The notes below the pieces were generated by a model, which was not told the origin of the DNA, ran no database searches, and saw only the letters and a list, made by a program, of their open reading frames with translations. Below, piece after piece: positions 1-9,488 of a stretch of 64,000 nt of DNA. Source of the stretch: Spirochaetia bacterium (GTDB lineage Bacteria > Spirochaetota > Spirochaetia > SZUA-6 > Bin103); the NCBI GenBank assembly GCA_965203055.1, contig OZ241863.1, forward strand, positions 3,648,001 through 3,712,000. The letters are read 5' to 3'. Position numbers and translations under genes: made by a program. The stretch's first letter is position 1; the number at the start of each line of letters is the position of its first letter.

Positions 1-47
1 ATAATGCATAGTAGCACCAGCCATTCAGTATCAATAATAGTACCATA

Positions 48-3000
48 ATGAAAGGGCAGTTGTTCACTCAGTACTTTCTGACCGACGGCATCCGCGCGAC
101 GTCGGAATGGGAGGCCGCGGCAGCGCAGCTCGCCGACTTCCGGCACCGCCTGGACCGCTGCTACGGGCGGTTCGCGGCGCTGCACCAGCCCAACGAGGCG
201 GTGACCGAGCAGGACCTGATCCGCCCGGTGCTGGCGCTGTTGGGATGGAGCGACTACCTGCCGCAACAGGGCGCCGCCGGCCGCGAGGACGTCCCTGACC
301 ACCTGCTGTTCGCCGACGCGACCGCCAAGGCGCGGGCCGCGGCGCGCCCCGACTCCGGCGCGCGCTTTCAGGACGCCCTGGTGGTGCAGGAGAGCAAGCG
401 CTTCGGACTCCCGCTCGACCACCGCGACCGCCGCGGCGGCACGCCGCACGGGCAGATGCTGCGCTACCTGGCGACCGCCGAGCTCGCTTCCGAACACCGC
501 CTGCGGTGGGGCATCCTGACCAACGGCGGCGTGTGGCGCCTGTACGACGCCCGCGCCCGCCCGCGCGCCGCCGGGTTCTTCGAAGCCGATCTGGCGGAGG
601 TGCTGCAGCCCGGCGCCGAAGATGGCCTGCGCATCTTCCGGCTGTTGTTCGGGCGCGCTTCCTTTACGCTGCAAGGGACGGCGACCGCCGCCTTCCTCGA
701 AGCCGCCATCGTCGAGGGCAAGCGCTACGAGGAGGCGGTCGCGCAGGACCTGTCGGCGGTCGTCTTCGAGCGCGTGTTCCCGCGCCTGGTGGCGGCGATC
801 GCCGCCGCGGCCGGGGAGGGCGCCGGCCTGTCGGAAGTCCGCTCCGCCGCGCTGATCTTCCTGTACCGGCTGCTGTTCCTGCTCTACGCCGAGGACCGCG
901 GGCTGCTGCCGGTCAACGACGCGCGCTACGATGACTACGGCCTGCGCCGGCGGGTGCGCGACGAGGTGTCCCGCCGGATGGCCGCAGGGGATACCTTCTC
1001 CGCGACCGCCGGCAACTACTACCACCACCTGACCGAGCTGTTCCGGCAGATCGACCGGGGCGATGCGTCGATCGGCCTGCCGCCCTACGACGGCGGCCTG
1101 TTCGCGCCCGAGGCGGCGCCGCTGCTGGAGCGCATCCGGGTGCCGGACACGGTGACCGCCGAGGTGATCTACGATCTCAGCCATACCGCGGTCGGCCAGG
1201 CGCGCGCCGGCCCGGGAACCGACGGCGCGCGGCGCTTCGTCAACTACCGCGACATGTCGGTGCAGCAACTCGGTTCGATCTACGAACGCCTGCTGGAACG
1301 GGAACCGGTGCGCGCCGCCGGCGGCGGGGTGGAGATTCGCCTCGAACCCTACGCCCGCAAGGACAGCGGCAGCTTCTATACCCCGCAGGAGTTGGTCGAT
1401 CTGCTCGTGGATCAGACCCTGAAGCCGCTGGCCGAGGAGCGGCTGCGGGCGTTCGTGACGCGCGCGCAGGAGCTGGCCGCCGACCGCCGACCGCTGGCCG
1501 CGCGGCAGGAGGCTTTGGCGCGGCTCGATCCGGCGGTCGCGGTGCTGCGCCTCAAGGTGCTGGACCCGGCCATGGGCAGCGGCCACTTCCTGGTGACCGC
1601 GGTCGACTTCCTGGCCGACTGCATCGCCGAGCTGATCGAGCGCGCGCCGGGTATGGCGGAGTGGCTGGACGGCGCCTACGAGTCACCTCTGGTGGGCCGG
1701 ATCGCGGAGATTCGGCAGGGGATTCTGCGCCGGGCGCGGGCCGGCGCCTGGGTCATCGACGCGGCGCACCTGACCGACCAGGCGATCATCCGGCGGCTGG
1801 TGCTGAAGCGCTGCATCTACGGGGTGGACAAGAACCCGCTGACGGTGGAACTGGCGAAGGTTTCGTTGTGGCTGCACAGCTTCACGGTGGGGGCGCCGCT
1901 GTCGTTCCTCGACCACCATCTGCGGTGCGGCGACTCGCTGCTTGGCCTGCGCGTGCGGGAGGCGCTGCGCGAGCTGGACCGGCTCGGCGGGTTGTTCGCC
2001 GGGGCGGCGATGGCCGGCGCGGAGGTGGCGGCCGAAGGGATGGGGCGGATCGAGGAGATGTCCGATGCCGACGCCGCGGAGGCGCACGAGTCGGCGGCGG
2101 TGTTCGAGGGGGTGGAGGAGACCACCGCCGACCTGCGCGGGCTGCTCGACCGTCTGTGCGGGCTGCGGTGGATCACGGCCGGCATGAAGGCTGCGGCGCG
2201 CCGGGCATTGGAGCTGCCGCTGGAGCAGACGTTGAACCAGCGGCCGACCGACGCCTACCGGATTCTGGCGCGCGGGGCGGAGGCGGTGCGTGACGGCGCG
2301 CCGGCGGACGGCGCAGCCGGCGGCGCACTGGACGGCGCGGCGGGGACGCTACGGGCAGCCGGAGCCCATGCCCGGCGCGAGCGGTTTCTGCACTGGGAGG
2401 CGGCATTCCCCGGCGTGTGGCGGGAGTGGCAGAACGAGCGACCGGAGGGCGGCTTCGACGCCGTGATCGGCAACCCGCCGTGGGACCGCATCAAGCTGCA
2501 GGAGGTCGAGTGGTTCGCCACCCGCGCGCCGAAGATCGCGCGCGCCCCGACCGCGGCCGCGCGGCGGGCGGCGATCCGCCGGCTGCGGGAGCGGGGCGCA
2601 CCGCTGGCCGCGGCCTTCGATGCGGCCAAGGAACGGGCCGACCAGCTCGCCCGCATGGTGCGCGCGGCCGGCAGCTTCCCGCTGCTCGGCGGCGGCGACG
2701 TCAATCTCTACTCGCTGTTCGTGGAGCGCGCCATGAGCCTGGTCAAACCGGGCGGGCTGGTGGGACTGCTCACCCCATCCGGCATCTACGCCGACAAGAC
2801 CGCCGCCCCGTTTTTCAAAGGGCTCTCTACCGCGGGACGAATCGGCGGCCTGTTCGATTTCGAGAACCGGCGCCCGGGCACCGGGCTACCGCCGTTCTTT
2901 CCAGACGTCAACTCGCGGTTCAAGTTCTGCGCGCTGATCTTCGGGGGCGAAGGACGGCGCTTCACGCAGACCCGGTGCGCCTTCTTCCTGCACGACACCC

Positions 3001-4136
3001 GCTCGGTCGACGATCCGCAGCGCTGCTTCCCGCTGGCGCCGGACGACTTTGCCCGCGTCAATCCCAACACCGGCACCGCGCCGGTGTTCCGCACCCGCCG
3101 CGACGCCGACCTCACCCGCGGTATCTACCAACGCCATCCGGTGCTGGTCGACCGCTCCGGCGCGGAGGAACGCCGCGCTTGGCCGGTCCGCTACCACACG
3201 ATGTTTCACATGACCAACGACTCCGGTCTGTTCCGCACCGCCGCCCAGCTCGACGCCGACGGGTTCTACCGGATCGCCGGCAACCGGTGGAAGCGGGGAG
3301 CCGAGCTCTGCCTGCCGCTGTACGAGGGAAAGATGGTGCAGGCGTTCGACCACCGCGCCGCCAGCGTGATCGTCAACCCCGACAACCTGAACCGGCCGGC
3401 CCAACCCCGCGAGGCCACGCCGGACCAGCACGCCGATCCGCACTGGCTGCCGGACCCGCAGTTCTGGGTACCTGCCGATGCATGCCGGTGGGACTGGCCG
3501 TTGGAGTGGGTCGTCGGATTCAAGGAGATAACCGCTCCCACCAACCACCGCACCGTGATCGGCTCGGTCTTCCCGCAGGCGGCGTTCGGCAACAAGACCC
3601 CGATATTCCTGCCGATGGCGGGCGCCGCTGTCGAGATGACGGACGCCTACAAAGCATCCGCCCCATTGCTGGTCGCCAATCTGAATGCGATGGCGTTCGA
3701 TTTCGTCGCCCGACAGAAGGTGCACGGCCAGACCCTCAATCTGTTCATCGTCGAGCAACTGCCGGTCATCGCGCCCGGCGATTATGACCGGCGCTTCGGC
3801 GCCGCGACCGCGCGCGATCTGGTGCGCGACCACGTCCTGCGCCTCACCTATACCGCCCACGACCTGACGCCCTTCGCCCGCGACCTGGGCTGCGGCGGCG
3901 CGCCGTTCCCCTGGGACCCCGCAGCGCGCCGCCACCTGAGCGCTCGCCTCGACGCCCTCTACTTCCACCTCTACGGCCTGTCCCGCGAGGACGCCGCCTA
4001 CGTCCTCGACACCTTCCCCATCGTCCGCCGCCAGGATGAGACCGCGTGCGGCCGCTACCGCACCCGCGACCTCATCCTCGCCTACATGAACGCCTTGGCC
4101 GCCGGCGACACCACCACCGACGTCACACCGCGCTAG
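48..4136 (+). CDS. Type IIG restriction-modification enzyme (Eco57I-like fused nuclease/N6-adenine methyltransferase; DISARM DrmMI-like family)
   Basis: 1362 aa; N-terminal PD...ESK nuclease-like motif and WGILTNG; SAM-binding VLDPAMGSGHFL; catalytic GNPPW; C-terminal LDALYFHLYGL...LDTFPIV. Confidence 0.9.
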   Translation: MKGQLFTQYFLTDGIRATSEWEAAAAQLADFRHRLDRCYGRFAALHQPNEAVTEQDLIRPVLALLGWSDYLPQQGAAGREDVPDHLLFADATAKARAAARPDSGARFQDALVVQESKRFGLPLDHRDRRGGTPHGQMLRYLATAELASEHRLRWGILTNGGVWRLYDARARPRAAGFFEADLAEVLQPGAEDGLRIFRLLFGRASFTLQGTATAAFLEAAIVEGKRYEEAVAQDLSAVVFERVFPRLVAAIAAAAGEGAGLSEVRSAALIFLYRLLFLLYAEDRGLLPVNDARYDDYGLRRRVRDEVSRRMAAGDTFSATAGNYYHHLTELFRQIDRGDASIGLPPYDGGLFAPEAAPLLERIRVPDTVTAEVIYDLSHTAVGQARAGPGTDGARRFVNYRDMSVQQLGSIYERLLEREPVRAAGGGVEIRLEPYARKDSGSFYTPQELVDLLVDQTLKPLAEERLRAFVTRAQELAADRRPLAARQEALARLDPAVAVLRLKVLDPAMGSGHFLVTAVDFLADCIAELIERAPGMAEWLDGAYESPLVGRIAEIRQGILRRARAGAWVIDAAHLTDQAIIRRLVLKRCIYGVDKNPLTVELAKVSLWLHSFTVGAPLSFLDHHLRCGDSLLGLRVREALRELDRLGGLFAGAAMAGAEVAAEGMGRIEEMSDADAAEAHESAAVFEGVEETTADLRGLLDRLCGLRWITAGMKAAARRALELPLEQTLNQRPTDAYRILARGAEAVRDGAPADGAAGGALDGAAGTLRAAGAHARRERFLHWEAAFPGVWREWQNERPEGGFDAVIGNPPWDRIKLQEVEWFATRAPKIARAPTAAARRAAIRRLRERGAPLAAAFDAAKERADQLARMVRAAGSFPLLGGGDVNLYSLFVERAMSLVKPGGLVGLLTPSGIYADKTAAPFFKGLSTAGRIGGLFDFENRRPGTGLPPFFPDVNSRFKFCALIFGGEGRRFTQTRCAFFLHDTRSVDDPQRCFPLAPDDFARVNPNTGTAPVFRTRRDADLTRGIYQRHPVLVDRSGAEERRAWPVRYHTMFHMTNDSGLFRTAAQLDADGFYRIAGNRWKRGAELCLPLYEGKMVQAFDHRAASVIVNPDNLNRPAQPREATPDQHADPHWLPDPQFWVPADACRWDWPLEWVVGFKEITAPTNHRTVIGSVFPQAAFGNKTPIFLPMAGAAVEMTDAYKASAPLLVANLNAMAFDFVARQKVHGQTLNLFIVEQLPVIAPGDYDRRFGAATARDLVRDHVLRLTYTAHDLTPFARDLGCGGAPFPWDPAARRHLSARLDALYFHLYGLSREDAAYVLDTFPIVRRQDETACGRYRTRDLILAYMNALAAGDTTTDVTPR

Positions 4137-4351
4137 CCGTCGGCGTCCAGCGAGAAATCGAGAGCCTCGGAGTAACGCGGAAGCCGGTACCGGAACCGCA
4201 GCGCCGTGCCGCCAAGGAACGCCCAGTCGGAAAATGCCCCGTGGTCCTGCAGCGCAAGCAGGATGCGGGCCTGCAGGTACTCCCGCGCGGTATTGCGCGC
4301 CTGGACGCCGTGCGGCTCGCCGGCGAGCAGCTCCAGCAGCGCCGCTTTCAT
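4133..4351 (-). pseudogene. abiEii: Truncated AbiEii nucleotidyltransferase toxin (N-terminal ~72 aa only)
   Basis: AREYLQARIL...FLGGTALR...LPRYSEALDFS matches the AbiEii GGTAL...RxSEDLDF motif; ATGA overlap with upstream antitoxin; stops right after the motif. Confidence 0.8.
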
Positions 4352-4980
4352 GACCATCCCTCCTCGTCGCGCCAGAGGTTGAGCAGCAGGCGAACGGCGC
4401 GCGCGACCTTGCGCGAACCGGTTCTCAGCACCGCGGCGCGCAGCCGCTCCGCGTCAAGTGAGTCGGCGGGCGTGAGACGAAGCTCCCGCAGGTAGGGAAG
4501 CCGATCGCTGTGCGGGGTCAGATACAGCAGGTCGACCAGCGCCTTCTCGGCGCGGGCGAGCATCACGCGCTGGCCGTGCGCGACCTCGATCTCGACGAAA
4601 CCGAACATCCGCCGCGGGAGCAGGTGGCGAAACAGAAACCGTCCGCGCGGCGTATCGAGCTGCTGCGCCCGGCGGGTGGTGACGCTGGTGGTCACGGGAA
4701 CGTACTCGGGAATCATGCCGTAATGGGCCAGTGCCGAGTGCAAGCTCACATAGGATGCTCGGTCGAGCGCCCCGGCGATGGCGAACGGATGGGCCGGCGC
4801 GGCGGCGTATGGCGCCGCGACGAGATACACCCCGCGCCGGAGCTGCGCGACCCGTCCGGCCTTGACCCAGCGATCCAACTGCCGCCTCAGGTTCTCCGGG
4901 GAGCGTTGTCCCGCAAGGATCTGTCCCGTACGAAACAGCCCATGGGGGGCCACTCTGGCCAGCAGTACCTCGAATCTCAT
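4348..4980 (-). CDS. abiEi: AbiEi type IV toxin-antitoxin antitoxin / transcriptional regulator
   Basis: LRRGVYL, SYVSLHSALAHYGMIPE, TSVTT and EKALVDLLYL motifs; coupled to AbiEii fragment. Confidence 0.85.
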   Translation of the reverse strand: MRFEVLLARVAPHGLFRTGQILAGQRSPENLRRQLDRWVKAGRVAQLRRGVYLVAAPYAAAPAHPFAIAGALDRASYVSLHSALAHYGMIPEYVPVTTSVTTRRAQQLDTPRGRFLFRHLLPRRMFGFVEIEVAHGQRVMLARAEKALVDLLYLTPHSDRLPYLRELRLTPADSLDAERLRAAVLRTGSRKVARAVRLLLNLWRDEEGWS

Positions 4981-4991
4981 GGCAATAACAT

Positions 4992-5003
4992 GACATCAAT
5001 GTC
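4992..5003. promoter_or_regulatory. Short inverted repeat GACAT-CA-ATGTC, candidate AbiEi operator
   Basis: 5-bp arms about 12 bp upstream of the abiEi start in an AT-rich spacer; AbiEi proteins are known to autoregulate via inverted repeats. Confidence 0.3.
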
Positions 5004-5023
5004 TATTTATCGCCACGACAGTT

Positions 5024-5143
5024 CCACGCTATCCGGACGACCGTGTGCTACACTGGCCGTATGACGAGTTCGCCCCGATCGCGGCCGCAATCGACCGGCT
5101 GATGGAGGCCAGGCAATGGGCAAGCACGAAGAAAGACGCCTAG
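5024..5143 (+). pseudogene. Start-less C-terminal gene fragment (..HWPYDEFAPIAAAIDRLMEARQWASTKKDA*), paralogous to 12999-13295
   Basis: Hand translation; TGGCCGTATGACGAGTTC is identical to the reverse complement of the copy near 13.1 kb; 5' boundary approximate. Confidence 0.6.
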
Positions 5144-5523
5144 ATAGCGACTACTCGGCGAAGCCGCTCTCCGGCCGACCCACCGCCGACGAGATTGCCG
5201 CGGCATGGGACGCAGACCCGTGGGGGCGTAGATTCTTTGTCGCTGACGACGTGATAGAGTTTCCAGATGGCGTCCTGGGAGCCAGATTTTCCGGCAAGTG
5301 GTATGTCGTGGACGATAGCGACAGCAACCGCCAGCGGCCGGACTTCAGCCAGCCCATCGAATGGGAGCCGGGCAAGAAGCCGGCGTTCCGCGTTCGGCAG
5401 GGGGATGACGGTAGCTGGTACGCCGTGAGTGACAACGGCGAACTGGACCTCGACCGACCCGTCAAATTGGTGGATGGCCACTGGGTGGAAGCCGACACAT
5501 CCAACGGAAGCGTTGAGGCATGA
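5116..5523 (+). CDS. Hypothetical acidic protein, 135 aa, with internal G-x-W-Y-x-V-x-D repeat
   Basis: GGAGG RBS upstream; N-terminus MGK..DSDYSAKPL homologous to 12832-13041. Confidence 0.65.
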   Translation: MGKHEERRLDSDYSAKPLSGRPTADEIAAAWDADPWGRRFFVADDVIEFPDGVLGARFSGKWYVVDDSDSNRQRPDFSQPIEWEPGKKPAFRVRQGDDGSWYAVSDNGELDLDRPVKLVDGHWVEADTSNGSVEA

Positions 5524-5991
5524 CTGCCGTCGAGGAATTGGCCTTGCGGATATCGATCCTGTCCTCCACCGCCGACCCCGCTTCGGTAACGGAGCTCGTC
5601 CCTCCGCGACGGGCGACAATCGGGTCCTGATAGCCGGGCACGTCGTGGAGATGACCCTGTCCTACCGGATCGCCGAGGCGGAACAGGTCTACGGCAAGCG
5701 GTGGGACGATGAGTTGGACCGGCACCTCCAGATGGGATGTTCGCCATAGACCGGATCTCCGCCGACGGTACCATGGGAAAGCGGCGACGGCCCGAACCCC
5801 GCGTGGTCGACGGCGTCTGCCGCCGGACCGCACGGATAGGCAACTGCGAAGACGTGGCCCCGATAAGCCACTCTTGGGGGACGAGGACGATCAATCCAGA
5901 CGGAACCTGCCGCCGCCCCGAGCCGTATAGTTGCGTCCCCGGGACGCAGCCGATCGACCACTCCACGCTCACCGCGCATGAAGGAGGATAG
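5520..5991 (+). pseudogene. Probable degraded/frameshifted gene of unknown function ending ...PIDHSTLTAHEGG*
   Basis: ATGA coupling at 5520-5523, short ORF pieces in different frames, 3' part duplicated at 7610-7797. Confidence 0.35.
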
Positions 5992-5993
5992 TT

Positions 5994-7547
5994 GTGTCCA
6001 AAGCTGCAGGATGGGATGCTTACTTCGAACTCGTACTGACCCTCAACTGGGACGATGTCGAGTCGGAGATGGAGCGTAAGCGCGCCAGTGAACGGTATTT
6101 GCGATCAGTAGTAAACAGCGGGGAGCTGCCTAGCGACTTAGCTACCTTCGGGAAACATTTAACTAAACTTAACAACAGGAAGAGGGTGAATGCTCTGTCT
6201 AAATGGCATCACGACGCTCCGGAACAAATGGAGGAAGCTCTGAGACGTCTTTGGGCTGGATTGTCTGACAGGTTGCCGCCGAGAGAAGAGGTATTCACAC
6301 GGATTCGCACATTCGCCGAGCAATTGCCGGTTGTCAAGTATCTCTCCACCCGGGAAGGGCGCATGGCGCTGATCTCCGCCCTGCTCGTAGGGATTTCGGC
6401 GGAGCGTTACCCTCGGTTCGGGGTGGAAATGTTTGAAAAGGCATACAAGTTTACGGACCACCCCGACACGTCCAAGGATGCGGACGAGGCGACTCGGTAT
6501 GAGCACGCGTTGAAGTTTCTCGACAAGTTCGTCGAGGAAGCTCGGGCGCGTGGACTCGAACGGCCTCGCAACCTCCTCGAAGCACGCTCGGTAGTCCGCA
6601 TACTATTCCGTGACAAACTCTACCCGGACCTCGATCCGCCACCGAAGGCCGGGTTGCAGCGGCTCGCCGACGAGTTGCTCATCGAGCGTGCCTTTCCTGT
6701 TCGTGTCAAGAAGCTGTTGGCCGACAAGCGACAGGTCGTGTTCCAGGGGCCGCCGGGTACGGGGAAGACCTACGTCGCGCGGAAGTTGGCGGAGTGCCTG
6801 GCGGGGTCGGCGCAACGCGTCCGGCTGGTGCAGTTCCATCCGTCCTATGCCTACGAGGACTTCGTGCAGGGCTTCCGCCCGTGTTTGCGGGACGGGCAGC
6901 CGGGCTTCGAACTCACCGGCGGACCGCTGCTCGCCGCGGCCGAACAGGCGCGGGCGGAGCCGGACGAGAGGCACTTCCTGGTCATCGACGAGATCAACCG
7001 CGGCAACCTCTCCAAGGTGTTCGGCGAGCTCTACTTCCTGCTCGAATACCGCAACGAGGAGATGAGCCTTCAGTACTCCGCCAAGCCCTTCTCCTTGCCC
7101 GACAACCTGTACTTGATCGGCACGATGAATACCGCCGACCGCTCCATCGCACTGGTAGACCTGGCGCTGCGCCGCCGATTCCACTTCGTGGAGTTTCACC
7201 CCGACAAGCCCCCGGTCGCCGGCCTGCTCGACCGCTGGCTGAAGCAGCACGCCGCCGAGTGGTCCTGGCTGGCGGCCGTCGTCGACCACGCGAATGGCAA
7301 GCTGAGCGACCGGCAGGCGGCGATCGGGCCGAGCTATTTCATGAAGCGGGACCTCGACGACGAGATGGTCCGTCTGATCTGGGAGCACAACGTGCTGCCC
7401 TACGTCGAGGAGCACCTGTACGGGGAGCACGAGCGGCTGCGCGAATTCGATCTGGACGCACTTCGGAAGGAGCTGGGCGACGGCGCGAACCGGGACGGCG
7501 GCGCCCCGCCCGCGGACGACGACGGACCTATCGATGAGACAGATTGA
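5994..7547 (+). CDS. mcrB: McrB-family AAA+ GTPase (copy 1)
   Basis: GPPGTGKT, VQFHPSYAYEDFV, IDEINR, MNTADRS McrB signature; AAGGAGG RBS before GTG. Confidence 0.92.
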   Translation: MSKAAGWDAYFELVLTLNWDDVESEMERKRASERYLRSVVNSGELPSDLATFGKHLTKLNNRKRVNALSKWHHDAPEQMEEALRRLWAGLSDRLPPREEVFTRIRTFAEQLPVVKYLSTREGRMALISALLVGISAERYPRFGVEMFEKAYKFTDHPDTSKDADEATRYEHALKFLDKFVEEARARGLERPRNLLEARSVVRILFRDKLYPDLDPPPKAGLQRLADELLIERAFPVRVKKLLADKRQVVFQGPPGTGKTYVARKLAECLAGSAQRVRLVQFHPSYAYEDFVQGFRPCLRDGQPGFELTGGPLLAAAEQARAEPDERHFLVIDEINRGNLSKVFGELYFLLEYRNEEMSLQYSAKPFSLPDNLYLIGTMNTADRSIALVDLALRRRFHFVEFHPDKPPVAGLLDRWLKQHAAEWSWLAAVVDHANGKLSDRQAAIGPSYFMKRDLDDEMVRLIWEHNVLPYVEEHLYGEHERLREFDLDALRKELGDGANRDGGAPPADDDGPIDETD

Positions 7548-7614
7548 CCTGCGGGAATACGAAAGCAGCGAACCGGTTGCGCTCGCGATCGACGAGCGTG
7601 ACCGGTTGGCCGAG
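7534..7614 (+). pseudogene. mcrC: 5' stub of mcrC (MRQIDLREYESSEPVALAIDERDRLAE) fused to the duplicated leader
   Basis: Nearly identical to 9408-9488, then switches to sequence matching 5792 onward. Confidence 0.85.
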
Positions 7615-9488
7615 CCCAGCGTGGGCGACAGCGTCTGCCGCCGGTCTGCACGGATAGGCAACTGCGAGACGTGGCCCGATCCACTATTGGATGACGATCA
7701 GCCAGACGGAACCTACGGCCGTCCCGAGCCGTATAGTTGCGTCCCCGGGACGCAGCCGATCGACCACTCCACGCTCACCTCGCATGAAGGAGGGTAGTAT
7801 GTCCGAAGCTGCAGGATGGGATGCTTACTTCGAACTCGTAAAGACCCGCAAATGGGATGAGGTCGAGCCGTTGCTGGAGTATAAGCGTGCCACTGAACGG
7901 TACTTGCGATTAGTGACCAACGAGGTGCTGTCCAGCAACGAAAACTGGATCAAAAACGCAGCTAAAGATGACCGGCAAAACTTGGAATTTTGCGGCGGTC
8001 AGAGAATGGCAGCTCTGGCCAAATGGTATGACGAAGAGCCGGAACGAGTAGCGGCGGTGCTGAGGGAGCTTTGGGCCTCGTACAATGGATTGCCTGAAAG
8101 GTTACCGCCGAGGGATGAGGTGTTCACACGGATTCGCATATTCGCCAATCAGTTGCCGAGCGTCGACAAGAATCTCCGCGGCCCGGGAGGGCGTATGGGA
8201 CTGATCGCCGCCCTGCTTATGAGGATATCGGCTGAACATTACCCTCCGTTCGGCGTGGACATGTTCCAAAAGGCATACAAGATTACGGGCCACCCACAGC
8301 CACCACCCAAGGCGGACGAGGCGATTCTGTATAAGTACGCGTTGGAGTTCCTCGACAAGTTCGTCGAGGAAGCTCGGGCGCGTAGACTCGATTGGCCACG
8401 CAACCTCCTGGAAGCACAGTCGGTAGTCTACATGCTCCGTAAGAACGATCCCAAGAACCTGCGCAGTGTCCGAATAGTGCCGGAGGTCGACGAGACCGAT
8501 CCTGACTTCGATCCGCTACCGAAGGTCCGGTTGCAGGGTCTCGCCGATGAGTTGCTCATCGAGCGTGCCTTTCTTGGTCGTATCGAGAAGCTGCTGGCCG
8601 ACAAGCGGCAGGTCGTGTTCCAGGGGCCGCCGGGAACGGGAAAGACCTATGTCGCGCGGAAGTTGGCGGAGTGTCTGGCGGGGTCGGCGGAACGCGTCCG
8701 GCTGGTGCAGTTCCATCCGTCCTATGCCTACGAGGACTTCGTGCAGGGCTTCCGCCCGTGTTTGCGGGACGGGCAGCCGGGCTTCGAACTCACCGGCGGA
8801 CCGCTGCTCGCCGCGGCCGAACAGGCGCGGGCGGAGCCGGACGAGAGGCACTTCCTGGTCATCGACGAGATCAACCGCGGCAACCTCTCCAAGGTGTTCG
8901 GCGAGCTCTACTTCCTGCTCGAATACCGCAACGAGGAGATGAGCCTTCAGTACTCCGCCAAGCCCTTCTCCCTGCCCGACAACCTGTACTTGATCGGCAC
9001 GATGAATACCGCCGACCGCTCCATCGCACTGGTAGACCTGGCGCTGCGCCGCCGATTCCACTTCGTGGAGTTTCACCCCGACAAGCCGCCGGTCGCCGGC
9101 CTGCTCGACCGCTGGCTGGCGAAGCATGCCGCCGAGTGGGCCTGGCTGGCCGCCGCCGTCGACCGCGCGAATGAGAAGTTGAGCGACCGGCAGGCGGCGA
9201 TCGGGCCGAGCTACTTCATGAAGCGGGACCTCGACGACGAGATGGTCCGTCTGATCTGGGAGCACAACGTGCTGCCCTACGTCGAGGAGCACCTGTACGG
9301 GGAGCACGATCGGTTGCGCGAATTCGATCTGGACGCACTTCGGAAGGAGCTGGGCGAAGGCGCGAACCGGGACGGCGGCGCGCCGCCCGCGGACGACGGC
9401 CCGGAAGATGAGACAGATTGACCTGCGAGAATACGAGCGTAGCGAGCCGGTTGCGCTCGCGATCGACGAGCGTGACCGGTTGGCCGAG
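7610..9488 (+). repeat. Tandem duplication unit 2
   Basis: Direct repeat of 5792-7614; junction at CCGAG (7610-7614). Confidence 0.9.
7799..9421 (+). CDS. mcrB: McrB-family AAA+ GTPase (copy 2)
   Basis: Start moved to ATG 7799 (AAGGAGG RBS; MSEAAGWDAYFELV matches copy 1); same Walker A/B and NTAD motifs. Confidence 0.92.
   Translation: MSEAAGWDAYFELVKTRKWDEVEPLLEYKRATERYLRLVTNEVLSSNENWIKNAAKDDRQNLEFCGGQRMAALAKWYDEEPERVAAVLRELWASYNGLPERLPPRDEVFTRIRIFANQLPSVDKNLRGPGGRMGLIAALLMRISAEHYPPFGVDMFQKAYKITGHPQPPPKADEAILYKYALEFLDKFVEEARARRLDWPRNLLEAQSVVYMLRKNDPKNLRSVRIVPEVDETDPDFDPLPKVRLQGLADELLIERAFLGRIEKLLADKRQVVFQGPPGTGKTYVARKLAECLAGSAERVRLVQFHPSYAYEDFVQGFRPCLRDGQPGFELTGGPLLAAAEQARAEPDERHFLVIDEINRGNLSKVFGELYFLLEYRNEEMSLQYSAKPFSLPDNLYLIGTMNTADRSIALVDLALRRRFHFVEFHPDKPPVAGLLDRWLAKHAAEWAWLAAAVDRANEKLSDRQAAIGPSYFMKRDLDDEMVRLIWEHNVLPYVEEHLYGEHDRLREFDLDALRKELGEGANRDGGAPPADDGPEDETD

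Larger units (their letters stand above)
5792..7614 (+). repeat. Tandem duplication unit 1 (leader + mcrB + first 27 codons of mcrC)
   Basis: Aligns with 7610-9488: leader and AAA+ region nearly identical, N-terminal domain diverged. Confidence 0.9.

Noticed and set aside
7691..7798. Longer start for mcrB copy 2 given in the ORF track
   Set aside because: Alignment to copy 1 and the RBS place the start at 7799.
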